From Prorocentrum cordatum (taxonomy: Eukaryota): a stretch of DNA of 56,923 nucleotides. The notes beneath the pieces were generated by a model. It was not told the origin of the DNA. It saw only the letters and a program-made list of their open reading frames with translations, and searched no databases. The stretch covers positions 62,001 to 118,923 of the forward strand of contig CAUYUJ010000054.1 of NCBI GenBank assembly GCA_963575745.1, in the 5' to 3' direction. Made by a program: the position numbers and the translations under genes. Below, one piece after another: positions 47,001 through 55,250 of this stretch. Numbering within the stretch: the first letter of the stretch is position 1; every line of letters begins with the position of its first letter.

Positions 47001-47592
47001 TATGTCCGTGAGGCCTGGTGAGTTGGCAACCGCCCGCCGGAGCGACCTCACTCTGCCCATTGACCGCCGTGAGTCCACGGGCGACGCTTTGCTGAGCATC
47101 TCTGTTCCGGAGGCCCGGGGGTCTGGCGGAGAGCGTCAACACGCTCGGTGCTCCGATCGTGCTGTGGTCAGGATGATGGAGCTGGTCTTTAGAGATTTGA
47201 GTCCCACCGATCCCCTATTGACCTTCGGTCAAAGCGGCTTCCGCACTCGGTGGCTCGATCTTCTTTCGGCGCTGGGCGTCCCGCTCGCCAGAGCGCCATC
47301 GGGGTTCGATCTGTCCCCTGCGCTGCGCTTCAGAACCGATATTTCGGACGGCATTAATCGCGTCTTCTGGCGTGATCGCTGGCGGCTAGCTTCCAGTACA
47401 GAGCGCTATCTCCACGATGCTGCCGCCTCTGCAGTCCTCCCATCATTGGCTGAAGCCGCTCGGGACCGCGTTTCTTACCTCGCCGAAGCAAGCGACCTCC
47501 TCGTCGCATCCTTTCTGAATGTTGGCCCAGCTGTGTGGCCCATTCAGCTCGCGGCCGCCCGCCGAAACCTTGTCACTTCGCAAGGGCTTTGA
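38014..47592 (+). CDS. Retroelement polyprotein (3192 aa): Ala/Pro-rich N-terminus, RT, RNase H, J-domain, tyrosine recombinase
   Basis: Uninterrupted frame, open from 37747, with TTG at 38014, first ATG at 38065 and TGA ending at 47592, just before B1. The start codon is uncertain. Domain motifs were read directly from the translation. Confidence 0.9.
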   Translation: MLAPSLLALRRAVRTGPMPRPAVGRSLQPAPVWWSSALSTPTSAQNSSPSSFAFSPLAFGAAEQEAHLRRGVGGGPHTPQRHALRRGAAPALVSGVQSAAAPGVSAAASTQDFQPPRQRRPTEGTVAKGAPTRRPRASAAAQAMPAIPAASEPNASVFNAEAPEGCPAKITALLGREVVDEDLSYLPPTPSPCLYSATWLTCAARHGDHFVGPACSTVGGGASLAGHTGFAAASVSWPSAGGIAAATSADDAARTAGGGYIRAPPGLDPLPPGPPVRQIGPPPGLDVLEVGSQRLSAACPRRGAAAAWSPTVVYQVRPGATASEAALPLLRTPPPPPQGRPWSGALALVEAGCSVVPPRGSSAAMSDCGLDGGSPSFSRAAPRCGSKGVGMRPASDADTAPQGGARTAPPAATAVHQPGTPPRSGPRATSALRADLHLWDLHTGSDTQGVDPPPGLSGSEAGSRVPPLVDLRAALASDGVQLFSSGSMPCTAASPLLSERFTVADGDRAASGTPLSADWHRVSGDSPSQARHLRPPSGVAVPEADVHAPPPLHRSAVGPASLRAGAARGRMWYGERAGLLPFTNLEGGVGAPAAGGPPPQSSARGACTCNAAGTQAAESTPGLVGSAAGSSGEGVAAAAAIPARPRRLSCDRIQGLAASIPARARERLLADPRGLSSSPSPLVGMRPSSDAVTAPQGGVRAAGGKSGAGSSTAAATPRDAVPAFCSVRGAAFATGSSGECAAAAVATPARPRRLSCDRIQGLAASIPARARERLRADPRGLSPSPSPLVGMRPSSDAVTAPQGGVRAAGGTSGAGSSAAAATPRDAAPAFRSVRGAAFAAGSSDEGVAAVTATPARPRRRSASTNSAAALPAFRLRRVRRVRTRRGGRRGRRAVDGSCRAAHAPAHAGAAASSSDALSGASEAASGAPVQGSRRSRFNRSVREEAAAMLRFGSAPPVVVPPAAGAPPRFSASAEAAGAPSVGMCSAGDAGAAPQEGARAADGVTAEGGARAAQASGYQGGAPDEPPRLQAVGGPAMDQEGSGQPRAGPADQGASYPQSVGAAHVGRVERGAGCARPPPPGRSHPAAAARRFWTERGRDGRDAQVQRGCFGAAGPRACRHGDSRSLPGASPAPPGHPGPSVGVGARPAPFAPCPFPSTSRTSTGTGRSAPFVADLSALLRLFPGASIDVTHWAAALAQVGMGTRCSLAAFTRTSFCALEWDDSYLSGSAPRDPWPCPPSPPLPPPPGHLTGRARERWRVRRAARTLSQHAVVALNWLTLGHPSFAPAEARVRETVTPCQEGVRSRLERLCRIAVRLARGGKSDLGRAFAKFDSTEVSLHGLATHVAALEASFTSSSQVPAPMRQLPVSATPLASSLAAAAGWDSTQAEPFDLRVQASRIKWDYSPTFDPTPYLSDDLVRSAFHDPDVMRLPEDEWPSGFSGARVHMDREQLWELLRKWDSCGALYLTPSDNLAWDEACGAFRVPKDEAHDRLILNPTVVNSRCSSVSSSTQRLGQGFLLCRLGLAPGEWLVVSCDDLREFYYTFKVPPARARRNALRVKLPSSRFRGFNAWRADLEGLDVSPCLNALAMGDNMAVEIANSAHEGVLRSFGALRPSEQAVHRLPFPRGPYVEMLNIDDHTGFQKLSWRGSAPRPDDPTRRDREVFAACDRGYPQVGLIQHPGKRARGETHKVVVGAEVEGRIGIVCAPLVRTVALCRLTLIQVFLGRSTRALLSSLVGCWVQVFLYRRPILSIFTHIYTFITTLPDDGLEYELPSSVRDELQACTYLAFVAMTDLRATPCPEVFGTDASLGWGGVVRSDISSHLSQELWRRSEHGGWHTRLHDRHLLMVLSRGEPLGPELTQIHREVGLPSLELPIAPRWVSELSEALRFRLAYKWEFRTPRHINILETTVFKSLCKYCCIRNPDSRIPVLLDSQVALGAAAHGRSSSPGLSHVLSTCLPYILGGGLYMGGLYVPTDVHRADDPTRNRPVRPPSRVEPAWLLDIDEGRFERFDMIAAADAASAYPTCLWGRFVLQVLARSPAAGAGPLGHPEDRHVGAPARVDRGDATASAEARDAYESAAPRRGAPVSVKVPSSAAAVSFSASRCTRARDSLPAAPRVPSPSPSPPVGMRPSSDAVAAPQGGVRAAGGGPGEGAPERRSRAKSDAIAAARPGTPKGDAHPVSLLSEANGSAPASLGGLLGRPSVTTQTRHRQDRAAKLVAALDLLHLERGATTDRVNAQFRRMGWACHPDRDKSIEASRKWRALCDAKAFLLGPGRDVTGPDAPASGGATRRALGRGLLAAGRRDDANRSRGVATRDSALDASLGARLRGMPGERRSAPGASPDAEPSAVASCSDPGSRAAPRCTVQTPAMPTAAMRRTQARPEADLGAARTAAAVLPPFRASTLPPLPGCRADAHSVAPRASSAPALLAGRSLGAAAMLRATRERTASAATAGAAHHRAVLPWGHSAERSEVSPAPSFADSCCAGQRADSCAAQLTASRGDQLTDLQPSKLTDSRTDQLADSRADQIADSRAEGLADARTDQLADAFTRSDSRADPLTGLALRTSRVVGPTATVARRVRDERRALARFRASVDVLDAALTEVEFGRGAEAWGPSAGELAELLQTTLAELERQKAALRIARSRTAECVRGSASASGFSGGGAAAAAAGAPPRAPATAGSATFAAQAKERADKHTASYRDVVEARAHSGAQASHPRKRRGVGRPCSAAPVTPRTAISCDERSRSAAPAATRSAAFSETLCAVDRRRREHSPGLRPLILDGTDRQPEAAPSTGEVVEAPRAEQRGRTSRRKRRRVRASAGAAATTPANPSGQEPPASAFVAGRQDWPASLEPALPEGASEALGVKVESHSRRVPSCGDQRTRSLKAFDVWCAEHTGVALATWARSGILLGRALATFGVWLYDAGFPRLVLVNAIRGAQALQPHWRGFLTEAWDVAERWIPSKPPCPLPPLPRALLRAMVALCLAWDWPDMATLLLAGFTMSVRPGELATARRSDLTLPIDRRESTGDALLSISVPEARGSGGERQHARCSDRAVVRMMELVFRDLSPTDPLLTFGQSGFRTRWLDLLSALGVPLARAPSGFDLSPALRFRTDISDGINRVFWRDRWRLASSTERYLHDAAASAVLPSLAEAARDRVSYLAEASDLLVASFLNVGPAVWPIQLAAARRNLVTSQGL
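39892..40591 (+). repeat. In-frame 318-bp (106-aa) tandem duplication, ~2.2 copies, inside polyprotein ORF
   Basis: GGCATGCGCCC occurs at 40063 and 40381 (period 318). Units start at 39892, 40210 and 40528. Confidence 0.9.
42346..43300 (+). other. Reverse transcriptase domain (DIRS-like) within polyprotein; boundaries approximate
   Basis: Ordered RT motifs AFRVPKDEAHDRLILNPTVVN (~42448), SCDDLREFYYTF (~42607), LAMGDNMAVEIAN (~42769), MLNIDDH (NIDD 42910-42921), GLIQHPGK and VVGAEV. Confidence 0.9.
43411..43965 (+). other. RNase H domain (DIRS type) within polyprotein
   Basis: TDAS (43423-43434), HINILE (43714-43731), LLDSQVALGA (D at 43804) and YVPTDVHRADDPTR (to 43965) supply the D-E-D-D catalytic set in DIRS-like context. 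Confidence 0.92.
44671..44826 (+). other. DnaJ-type J-domain within polyprotein
   Basis: ALDLLHLERGATTDRVNAQFRRMGWACHPDRDKSIEASRKWRALCDAKAFLL aligns by eye, without gaps, to the J-domain pattern (L-G-x-x-x-x-A-S/T...I..A-Y-R-K-L...HPD-K....A...F..I..A-Y..L). HPD is at 44752-44760. Confidence 0.8.
45451..45687 (+). repeat. In-frame 24-bp (8-aa, DSRxDQLA-like) tandem repeat inside polyprotein ORF
   Basis: About 9 degenerate GACTCCCGCNCCGACCAGCTCGCC-like units. Confidence 0.85.
46642..47520 (+). other. Tyrosine recombinase domain within polyprotein, atypical active site
   Basis: LLLAGFTMSVRPGEL (R at 47011), SPALR (R at 47326) and RDRWRLASSTERYLHD (W 47380, Y 47407), preceded by a helical core-binding-like region. 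Confidence 0.85.
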
Positions 47593-47603
47593 GCCTGGGT
47601 ATG

Positions 47604-47769
47604 GCTGCTGCGGCCTCCCTTGGCCGCCCGGGTGCCCTCGTTGGACGAGGCCGCCTGAGAGCGTCGCACGGCCCGCCCGCGTAGGCCTGTCCCGCTTTAC
47701 GGGCCGCCGCGGGCGCGCGCCGCGCGTTCGCCCTGAGACGACTGCTCACTTGCGCAGCGTGCGGGGATG
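47604..47769 (+). repeat. Split direct repeat B1
   Basis: 166/166 identical to 47869-48034; overlaps A2 by GATG. Confidence 0.97.
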
Positions 47770-47825
47770 CTCCTTCTTATCCCCATCGCGCCCGCTGATT
47801 GCAGTCGTCTGCAGCTTCTCGGCCC
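47766..47825 (+). repeat. Split direct repeat A2
   Basis: Identical to A1. Confidence 0.97.
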
Positions 47826-47868
47826 CCTCCCTCTCTCCTCCCTCCTTCTTCGAAGGCTGACCTGCGGC

Positions 47869-48034
47869 GCTGCTGCGGCCTCCCTTGGCCGCCCGGGTGC
47901 CCTCGTTGGACGAGGCCGCCTGAGAGCGTCGCACGGCCCGCCCGCGTAGGCCTGTCCCGCTTTACGGGCCGCCGCGGGCGCGCGCCGCGCGTTCGCCCTG
48001 AGACGACTGCTCACTTGCGCAGCGTGCGGGGATG
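47869..48034 (+). repeat. Split direct repeat B2 (right terminus)
   Basis: Identical to B1; followed directly by GAT-type repeats. Confidence 0.97.
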
Positions 48035-48290
48035 ATGCTGATGCCCATGCTGATGCTGATGACGGCGATCCAGGTTGATGCTGTTGCTGCTGCTGTTGCG
48101 GCTGCTGTTGCTGATGATGATGTTGATGATGATGATGATGATGATGCTCATTCTCATCACTACCATCATCATCTTCATCATACTCATCATCATCATGATC
48201 ATGGTCATGATCATGCTGGTGATGTTGATGGCGAGGATGTCAATGAAGACGCCTGAGATTATGGTGATGATGGTGTGGGTGAGGAGGATG
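48031..48290. repeat. Degenerate (GAT)n/(CAT)n microsatellite, right flank of retroelement
   Basis: Direct inspection. Confidence 0.9.
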
Positions 48291-51200
48291 AGACAGTTGA
48301 CGGTCAGAAATTCAAACAGTCCTGACACGTGGCGTACCCCGCCAGCCTATCCAGAAACGGTTGCCGTGAGAGCTGCCTGGATGAGGGGCGTAGGTTCGCA
48401 CATAGTGAAACAGGAACACCAACGATCGTGATGGCAGAGGCTTCGGGGAGCCTCTTGGAGCCGTATTGGGCCAATTTCGGATGCCTTGGGGTTTTTTTGG
48501 GGGGGCCTTCTTGGGGCTCTTCCGGGGCTCGCTTGGGGCCCTCGAGGGCCTCTGTGGGCCATCGTGGAGGCCCTCGATCAAAGGGGAGGGTGGTCATCGA
48601 TTCCCCCGCCGCCCCCCCCTCGGAGGCCCAAGCTTCGGCTCTTGGGGCTATCTTGGGACGCTCTTGGGACTCTCTTTGCTGCCGTCTTTGGGCCCTATTG
48701 GTCCTCTCGTTGAGCCTTCCTGGGCTATCGTGGGCCCTCGGAGGCCCATCGCAAGCGAAACGGCAAAAGTGCAATCATCATTGATTTACACTGGGGTTTG
48801 GAGACGGTTTTTGGCCTCTCGGAGGCCTCCTTGGATGGCTCCGTGGAAACTTGAAGCCGTCTTAAGGCCATCCTGAGGCATCTTGGAGTTACTTCGGAGG
48901 ATATCGTGCGCCATATCAGGCTGTGTTGTGCCATCTTGGCACGTCGGGGCCATCTTGAACCCAAACGGGCCGTCTGACACCCCCCCCCTCACCCCCGTCC
49001 AGACCCAGTGGTTGGGTATGGGGGAGGGGTAACTCCCTTCCGTAATCCCCTCCCCGAATGTAGGAGTAATGGGTTTGATCTGAAAATTCGTGGTTTCGGG
49101 AAGGTTTCGAAGTGCGCGCGTGCGCGGAGATGCGTGCGTGTAGCCCGCATGGTGTTATCCGACCGAGTTGGCGGATGCGCGATGATTTTTGAAGGTTTGC
49201 GACGTGCGCGGTCTCATGCGGCAGGATCGCCAAACGCCGATAGTTCATCGGCTCGCGCCGCACCACCGACCTCTTGGGTTGCTTCGGCGTCGTGGCTCTC
49301 TCCCTCCCGCCCTCCAGCGGGGTGCCAGCCCTTCCTGCCGCGGACCTGGCTGCACGCTGAGTCTGGGACAGTGTTTCGGCTGTCGTGCTTGATATTTTGG
49401 GCCGTAACTCGGGACATCTTCGACTCGTGTTGCCGCTCTGGGAGGGCGCCTCGTTGCGCTCCGGAGTGGCGCATAACCACCGCCCCGACGCAGAGCTTCT
49501 CTGCGCCGCGTGCTTCCTCCTCATCCTCCCCATGTTCCTCCTCCTCCTCCTCCTCCTCCTCCTCCTCCTCCTCCTCCTCCTCCTCCTCCTCCTCCTCCTC
49601 CTCCTCCTCCTCCTCCTCCTCCTCCTCCTCCTCCTCCTCCTCTCTCTCTCCTCCCTCCTCCTCCACTCTTATTCCTCCTCTCCTTCCCTCCTCCTCCTCC
49701 TCCTCCTCCTCCTCCTCCTCCTCCTCCTCCTCCTCTCTGCACTGCAGCGTCGTCGCCTGGCACGCGCCCGCCCGCGAAGGCGGCCGAGCGCGGCCATCAG
49801 AGGCCCGTTTTTTCCCTCGGGTCCGGGTCGGGGCCTGCGGCTCGCAGGCCGGAGTCTGCCGCCTGTCGCTTGGCACGTCGGACCCGCGGATTCTTGGGGC
49901 CGTTGGTTGAGGGGAACAAAAAGTCACATAAACATGTAAACTCGGAGGTCCGGATTTCTCGGATCGGCGTTGGACACCCCTCCCTGGCGCGCGGGCCCCA
50001 GCGCCGATCCGAGGAATCCGCGCGGACCTCCGAGTTTTTATGTTTATGTCACTTTTTGTTCCCCTATTTAGTTCTCTCTGGAGGGGCCTGCTGGCGGCCT
50101 CGGGGACCTCTTCTGGGCGGAGGGTTCGAAGCGTCAGCTCGAGCTCCTTCTCCCGCATTCTCTTGGCGGGCCTCTTGCGCCGTCTTGGGCACCTTTGGAA
50201 TCTGGAGGAATCTGGAGGAAGCCACAGGAGTCCAGAGGAGTCGGAGTCCTGAGGAGTCCTGAGGGGAGCTTCTTGGGGGCAGGTTGGGGCCTCCGAGATG
50301 CCTGGTGAAGGCCTCTTGGGGCCTGATGCTGGGGGCATCTGGACTCGTCATCGGGCGCTCTTGGCCCGTCCGGCGCGGTCGGAGCCAAACGAGGCAATCT
50401 GGCGGCAAGCGTGAAGTGCTATCAAGTGGGATGAGCGCCTCGAAGAAAACAGGCGAAGTGCCCCGCGGAGGCAGGCAGCTTCGCACGGCGGCAAGCCCCG
50501 GACACTCCGAGGAGTCTGGCCACCGCGTCGCCACCGCAGGGGAAGCAGGTGGAACCCCGAAGCGAAGAGCATGCGCATCTGGACGCGTTGGCGCAACGTT
50601 TTGGAGGCCTCTCGTGAGTTTCTTGGGGGCATGGTGGGGCCTCTTGGGGCCATTTCAGGGCCTATGAGGGCCTCTTCGGGGGGCCTCTTCGGAGGGGGAT
50701 TGAAACCGTCCTCTGGCGCTTTTGGGCTGTCCGGCGCCTCAGGCGATCGTCATAGGGGGCCTTTCTAGAGCCTGGACGCTGCGAAGTCAGCGACAGCGGG
50801 TATTCAAACACACCCGCTTCCCTCGAAGGAAGTTGGAGAATTTTTCCTCCTTGGGGTCCTCTTGGGGTCTTCTTGGGGGTTGTCTTGGGGCGTCTTGGGG
50901 CCTCTTCGGGATATCGTGGGGCCGTTTTGGAGCCTCCTGGGGCCATCGGGGCCACGTGGAGGCCATCTGCAGTCGTCTTGAGGCGTCCTGGGGCCATTTC
51001 GAAGTCATGTGACGCCGTCCAGGATCATTTCTGGAACGGATAATCTCCAGGGGAGTCAGCGGATCCGGCTGGACCCCCCCTTTCCACACCGACCAGACCG
51101 GGCCCCCAGGGGACGGGTTTTGGGGATGGGCATCTATCGCAGTCGCCAAGCACCCCCCCAGGGGTCGACGGATGTTCTTTGCATGTCAAACATGGTGCCT

Positions 51201-51654
51201 GTTTTTTTGAGCCTCCACATCTCTTGGAAAGAGCGCGTTCTGTGGGCGCTTGGAGGGGTGGCGGGGGGTGGAGAACCGGCCTCTCCCCCCTGGCCGTGAC
51301 GAAGGGGCGGGTGGTTCAACCCCCCCCTGACTTCTTCTTTCTGCCTCTCCTCGGGCCAGCGCTGGCGTCGGCGGCAGCTGGCGGCGGCGGCGGGGAGCGT
51401 CGATGAAGACGACGACTTCCTTCTCTTGGCCGGCGCCGGCGCTTGCGGCGGCTGGCGGCGGCGGCGGGAATCGTCGACGAGGACGACGGCGACAACGATG
51501 ACGACGACGACGCTCCGCCACCGTGCCTTGGTTTTGGGCCAGAGTCCTCATGGATGCCTCTTGGAGTTTTGTCGAATGGCTCTCGGGGGCCTCTGAAGGG
51601 CATTTGTGAAGCCTTCTGGGGGCCTCTTGGACATCTCTTGGGGCCTCTCTGAGA

Positions 51655-52953
51655 TGGGGGTGGTGGTGGTGGGCTGTGGTGGTGTGGTGGGTTGTGGTGG
51701 GTGGTGAGTTTGGTGGTTGGTGGTTGGTGGTTGTGGTGGTTTGGTGGTGTGGTGGTTGTGGTGGTGGCTTGGTGGTGGGTAGTGGTGGTGTGGTGGTGTG
51801 ACAGGGTGGTGGTAGTGGTGTGGTGGTTTGTGGCTGGTGGTGGTGTCTAAGTGGTGTGGTGTGATGGTTGTGGTGGGTTGTGGTGGTGGTGGTGGCGTTT
51901 CTTTCGGTAGGTGGTGGGTGGTGGTGGTGTGGTGGATTGTAGTGGTTTGTGGTGATGGTGATGATTGTAGAGTGGTGGTTGGTTTTGTGGTGGGTGGTTG
52001 TGGGTGGTGGTGCTGGTGGCGGTGGTGGTGGTGGGTGGTGGTCGTTTGTGGTGTGGTGGAGGTGGTTTGTGATGGTGGTGGTGGTCTGGGTGGTGTTGTG
52101 GTGTGTGGTTTTTGTGGTGGTGGTGGGGTTTCCTCCTTGGCTGGTGGTGTTGGCAGTGGTGGTGGTGGTGGTGGTGGTGGGCTTTGGAGGTGGTGCTGGT
52201 GGTGGTGGTGGTGGTGAAGGTGTGGTGATGTGGTGGTTTGTGGTGGTGGTGGTGGTGGTGATAGGTTGCTCTGGTGGTGAGGTGGTGGTTGTGGCGGTGG
52301 TGGTGGTGTGGTAGATTGTGGTGGTGGTAGTGGTGGTGGTGGGTTGTTGTGGGTGTGGTGGGTGTGGTGGTGGGTTGTTGTGGTGGTGGTTGTGGCTGTG
52401 GTGGTGGTGGTGGTTGCGTGATGGTTTGCGGTAGTCGTGGTGGTGGCGGTGAGTTGTGGTGGTGGTGGTGATTGTGGTAATGTTGGTTGTGGCGGTGATG
52501 GTGGAAGCGTGGTGGCGGTGCTGGTGATGGGCTGCTTGTGGTGGTGGTGGTGTGTGATGGGTGGTGGTGGTGGTAGTTGTGGTGGTGGTGGTGGTTTGTG
52601 GTGGTGGTGGTGGTGGGTTGTGGTGGTGGTGGCGGCGGTGGTGGTGGTGGTGGTGGTGGTGGTGGTGGTGTGGTGGTTTGTGGTGCTGGTGGTGGCTGTG
52701 GTGGCTGTGGTGGGTTGCGGTGGGTTGTGGTGGGTTGTGGTGGTGGAGGTTGCGTTTTTGGTGGTGGTGGTGGTTGTGTGGTGGTTTGTGGTGGTGGTGA
52801 GGCCTTCGAGTCTTCCCGCCACCGTGTTTTGGCTTTGGGTCAGGTGGTGGTGGTGGTGGGCAGTGTTGGTGGTGGTGGTGGTGGTGGTGGCGGTGGTGGT
52901 TGGTGGTGGTGGTGGTGTGGTGGTTGGTTGTGGTGGTGGTTGTTGTGGTGGTG
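51655..52953. repeat. Degenerate (GGT)n microsatellite
   Basis: Direct inspection. Confidence 0.95.
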
Positions 52954-53646
52954 TACATGGCGATTTGTGTTTCCCCTCTGCGGCCTATGGGCCCTCTCTG
53001 GTCATCGTCGCTGCGTTCCCGCCGTCGGTACTGCTGGCCGCCGCCAGCGCCGGCGCCGGCGCCAGCGCCGAGGGGGGGTGGTTTGGACCCCCCCCTGGGC
53101 CCTCTGAGGTCATCGTCGCTGCGTCTGCCGTCGGCGCTGCTGGCCGCCGCCATCGCTGGCGCTGGCGCCTGGGCGGGGGAGGGGTTTTGAACCGCCGCCC
53201 CTCCTGGGAGGGGGAGGGGGGGGTTCGGGCGGGGGATATCAGGGGGAGGGGAGTCCCACTGGTTCTGATCGACGGCGCCGGGTGTTGCGAGGGAACCCAC
53301 CCCCCAGTTAGAAACGCGCCGCCGAATGTTCCCAAGGCAAGCGCCCGTGAAACGCGCTCTCTCATATCTTGATATTGTTAAAGGACCAGAGGCATTTGAC
53401 GGATGCGTGTGCGCGCGCACATGGCCCAAATTGCATTATTTGATCGGTGCTATTACAAAGCGCGCTTGGTTGAGTAACTATCGCGTTTGCGCCGCAGTGT
53501 TTTCTTGTTCGGCAAGGATGAATGGTGTGTCGATACCAGGCCAGCCGGCATTTAATCGTTTTAGCTGTCGGATGATATATCACTCGTAATAGCGTGAATT
53601 ATCCCAGTGCGACCCTATCTAGGAGTTGGAGCATCTAGGCAAGCAA

Positions 53647-54455
53647 CATCTACATCTACACCGGCAGCTACATTAACATCTACACCTGCATCTACATCTA
53701 CATCAACATCAACAGCGAGACTCACATCTACATCTACATATACACCTACACCTACATCTACATCTAGATCTCCATCTACATCTACATCTACATCTACATT
53801 TACATCTACATCTACATCTTCATCTACATAAATATCTACATCTACATCTACATATACATCTACATCTACATCTACATCTACAGTTACATCTACATCTACA
53901 TCTACATCTACATCTACATCTACATCTACATCTACATCTACATCTACATCTACATCTACATCTACATCTACATCTACATCTACATCTACATCTACATCTA
54001 CATCTACATCTACATCTACATCTACATCTACATCTACATCTACATCTACATCTACATCTACATCTACATCTACATCTACATCTACATCTACATCTACATC
54101 TACATCTACATCTACATCTACATCTACATCTACATCTTCATCTATCTACATCTACATCTACATCTACATCTACATCTACATCTACATCTACATCTACATC
54201 TACATCTACATCTACATCTACAGTTACATCTACATCTACATCTACATCTACATCTACATCTACATCTACATCTACATCTACATCTACATCTACATCTACA
54301 TCTACATCTACATCTACACCTACACCTACATCTACAACTACAACTACAACTACAACTACAATCACAACTACAACTACAACTACAACTACAACTACAACTA
54401 CACCTACATCCACATCTACACCTACACCTACATCTGCATCTACATTTGCATCTAC
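53647..54455. repeat. (ACATCT)n hexanucleotide microsatellite
   Basis: Direct inspection. Confidence 0.97.
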
Positions 54456-54579
54456 ACGTTCGCATTGGTTTTGTTTTTGATTTGCATTGCCTTGCCTTTG
54501 CGTTTGCTTTTGCTGTTGCTGTTGGTTTTATTTTGGTTTTGTTTTGCGTTTGTTTGATTGTGCTTTTGCTTTGCGTGCG

Positions 54580-55250
54580 CTATGCTATGAGACTGGGGTG
54601 TGCTATGCTGCGCTATGCTATAATATGCGATGCTATGCTATATTATGATGCGCTATGGTATTGCTTAGTGTTGCTTCCTTTGTTGCTATGCTATGCTGCG
54701 CTATGCTATGCTGTGCTATGACATGCTATTATATTATGCGCTGTGCTATGCTAGGCGAGGCTATGCTATGATATGCTATGCTGCGCTATGCTATGCTATG
54801 TTATGCGATGCCGTGCTGTGCTGTGCTATGCTATGCTATGTTTTACTATGCTGCGCTATGATATGCAATGCTGTGTTTTGCTATGCGATGATATGCCTTG
54901 CTGCTTTGTGCTATGCTAAACTAAGATATGCTGTGCGATGTTATACTATGCTGTGCTATGTTGCGCTATGCTATACTATAATATGCTATGCTAGGCTGCG
55001 CTATGATATGCTGCGCGATGCTATGATATGATATGCTATGATATGCTATGCTATGCAAATGCTGCGCTAAGCTAAGCTAAGCTGAGCTACGCTGAGCTAT
55101 GCTAAGCTAAGCTAAGCTAAGTTTGGCTAGGCTAAGCTAAGCGAAGCTAGGCTAAGCTAAGCTAAGCTAAGCGAAACTAGGCTAGGCGAAGCTAAGCTAA
55201 GCTAAGTTAAGCTAGGTTAAGCTAAGATGAGATAAGCAACGCTAAGCTAA
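54580..55250. repeat. (CTATG)n grading into (GCTAA)n pentanucleotide microsatellite
   Basis: Direct inspection. Confidence 0.95.

Larger units (their letters stand above)
37682..48034 (+). mobile_element. Full-length tyrosine-recombinase retrotransposon (DIRS order, split-direct-repeat Ngaro/PAT-like architecture) inserted in a (GAT)n microsatellite
   Basis: A1 (37682-37741) is identical to A2 (47766-47825), 60 bp. B1 (47604-47769) is identical to B2 (47869-48034), 166 bp. The order is A1-ORF-B1-A2-43 bp spacer-B2. GATG occurs at both termini and at the B1/A2 junction. The internal ORF carries RT, RNase H and YR motifs, and (GAT)n tracts lie on both flanks. Confidence 0.95.

Noticed and set aside
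38270..47142. Many overlapping alternative-frame and antisense ORFs inside the retroelement as a separate gag or accessory gene
   Set aside because: Expected from very high GC content; none shows a zinc knuckle or other recognisable motif.
51186..53429. 747-aa His/Thr/Pro-rich ORF
   Set aside because: Translation of the (GGT)n tract; no domain.
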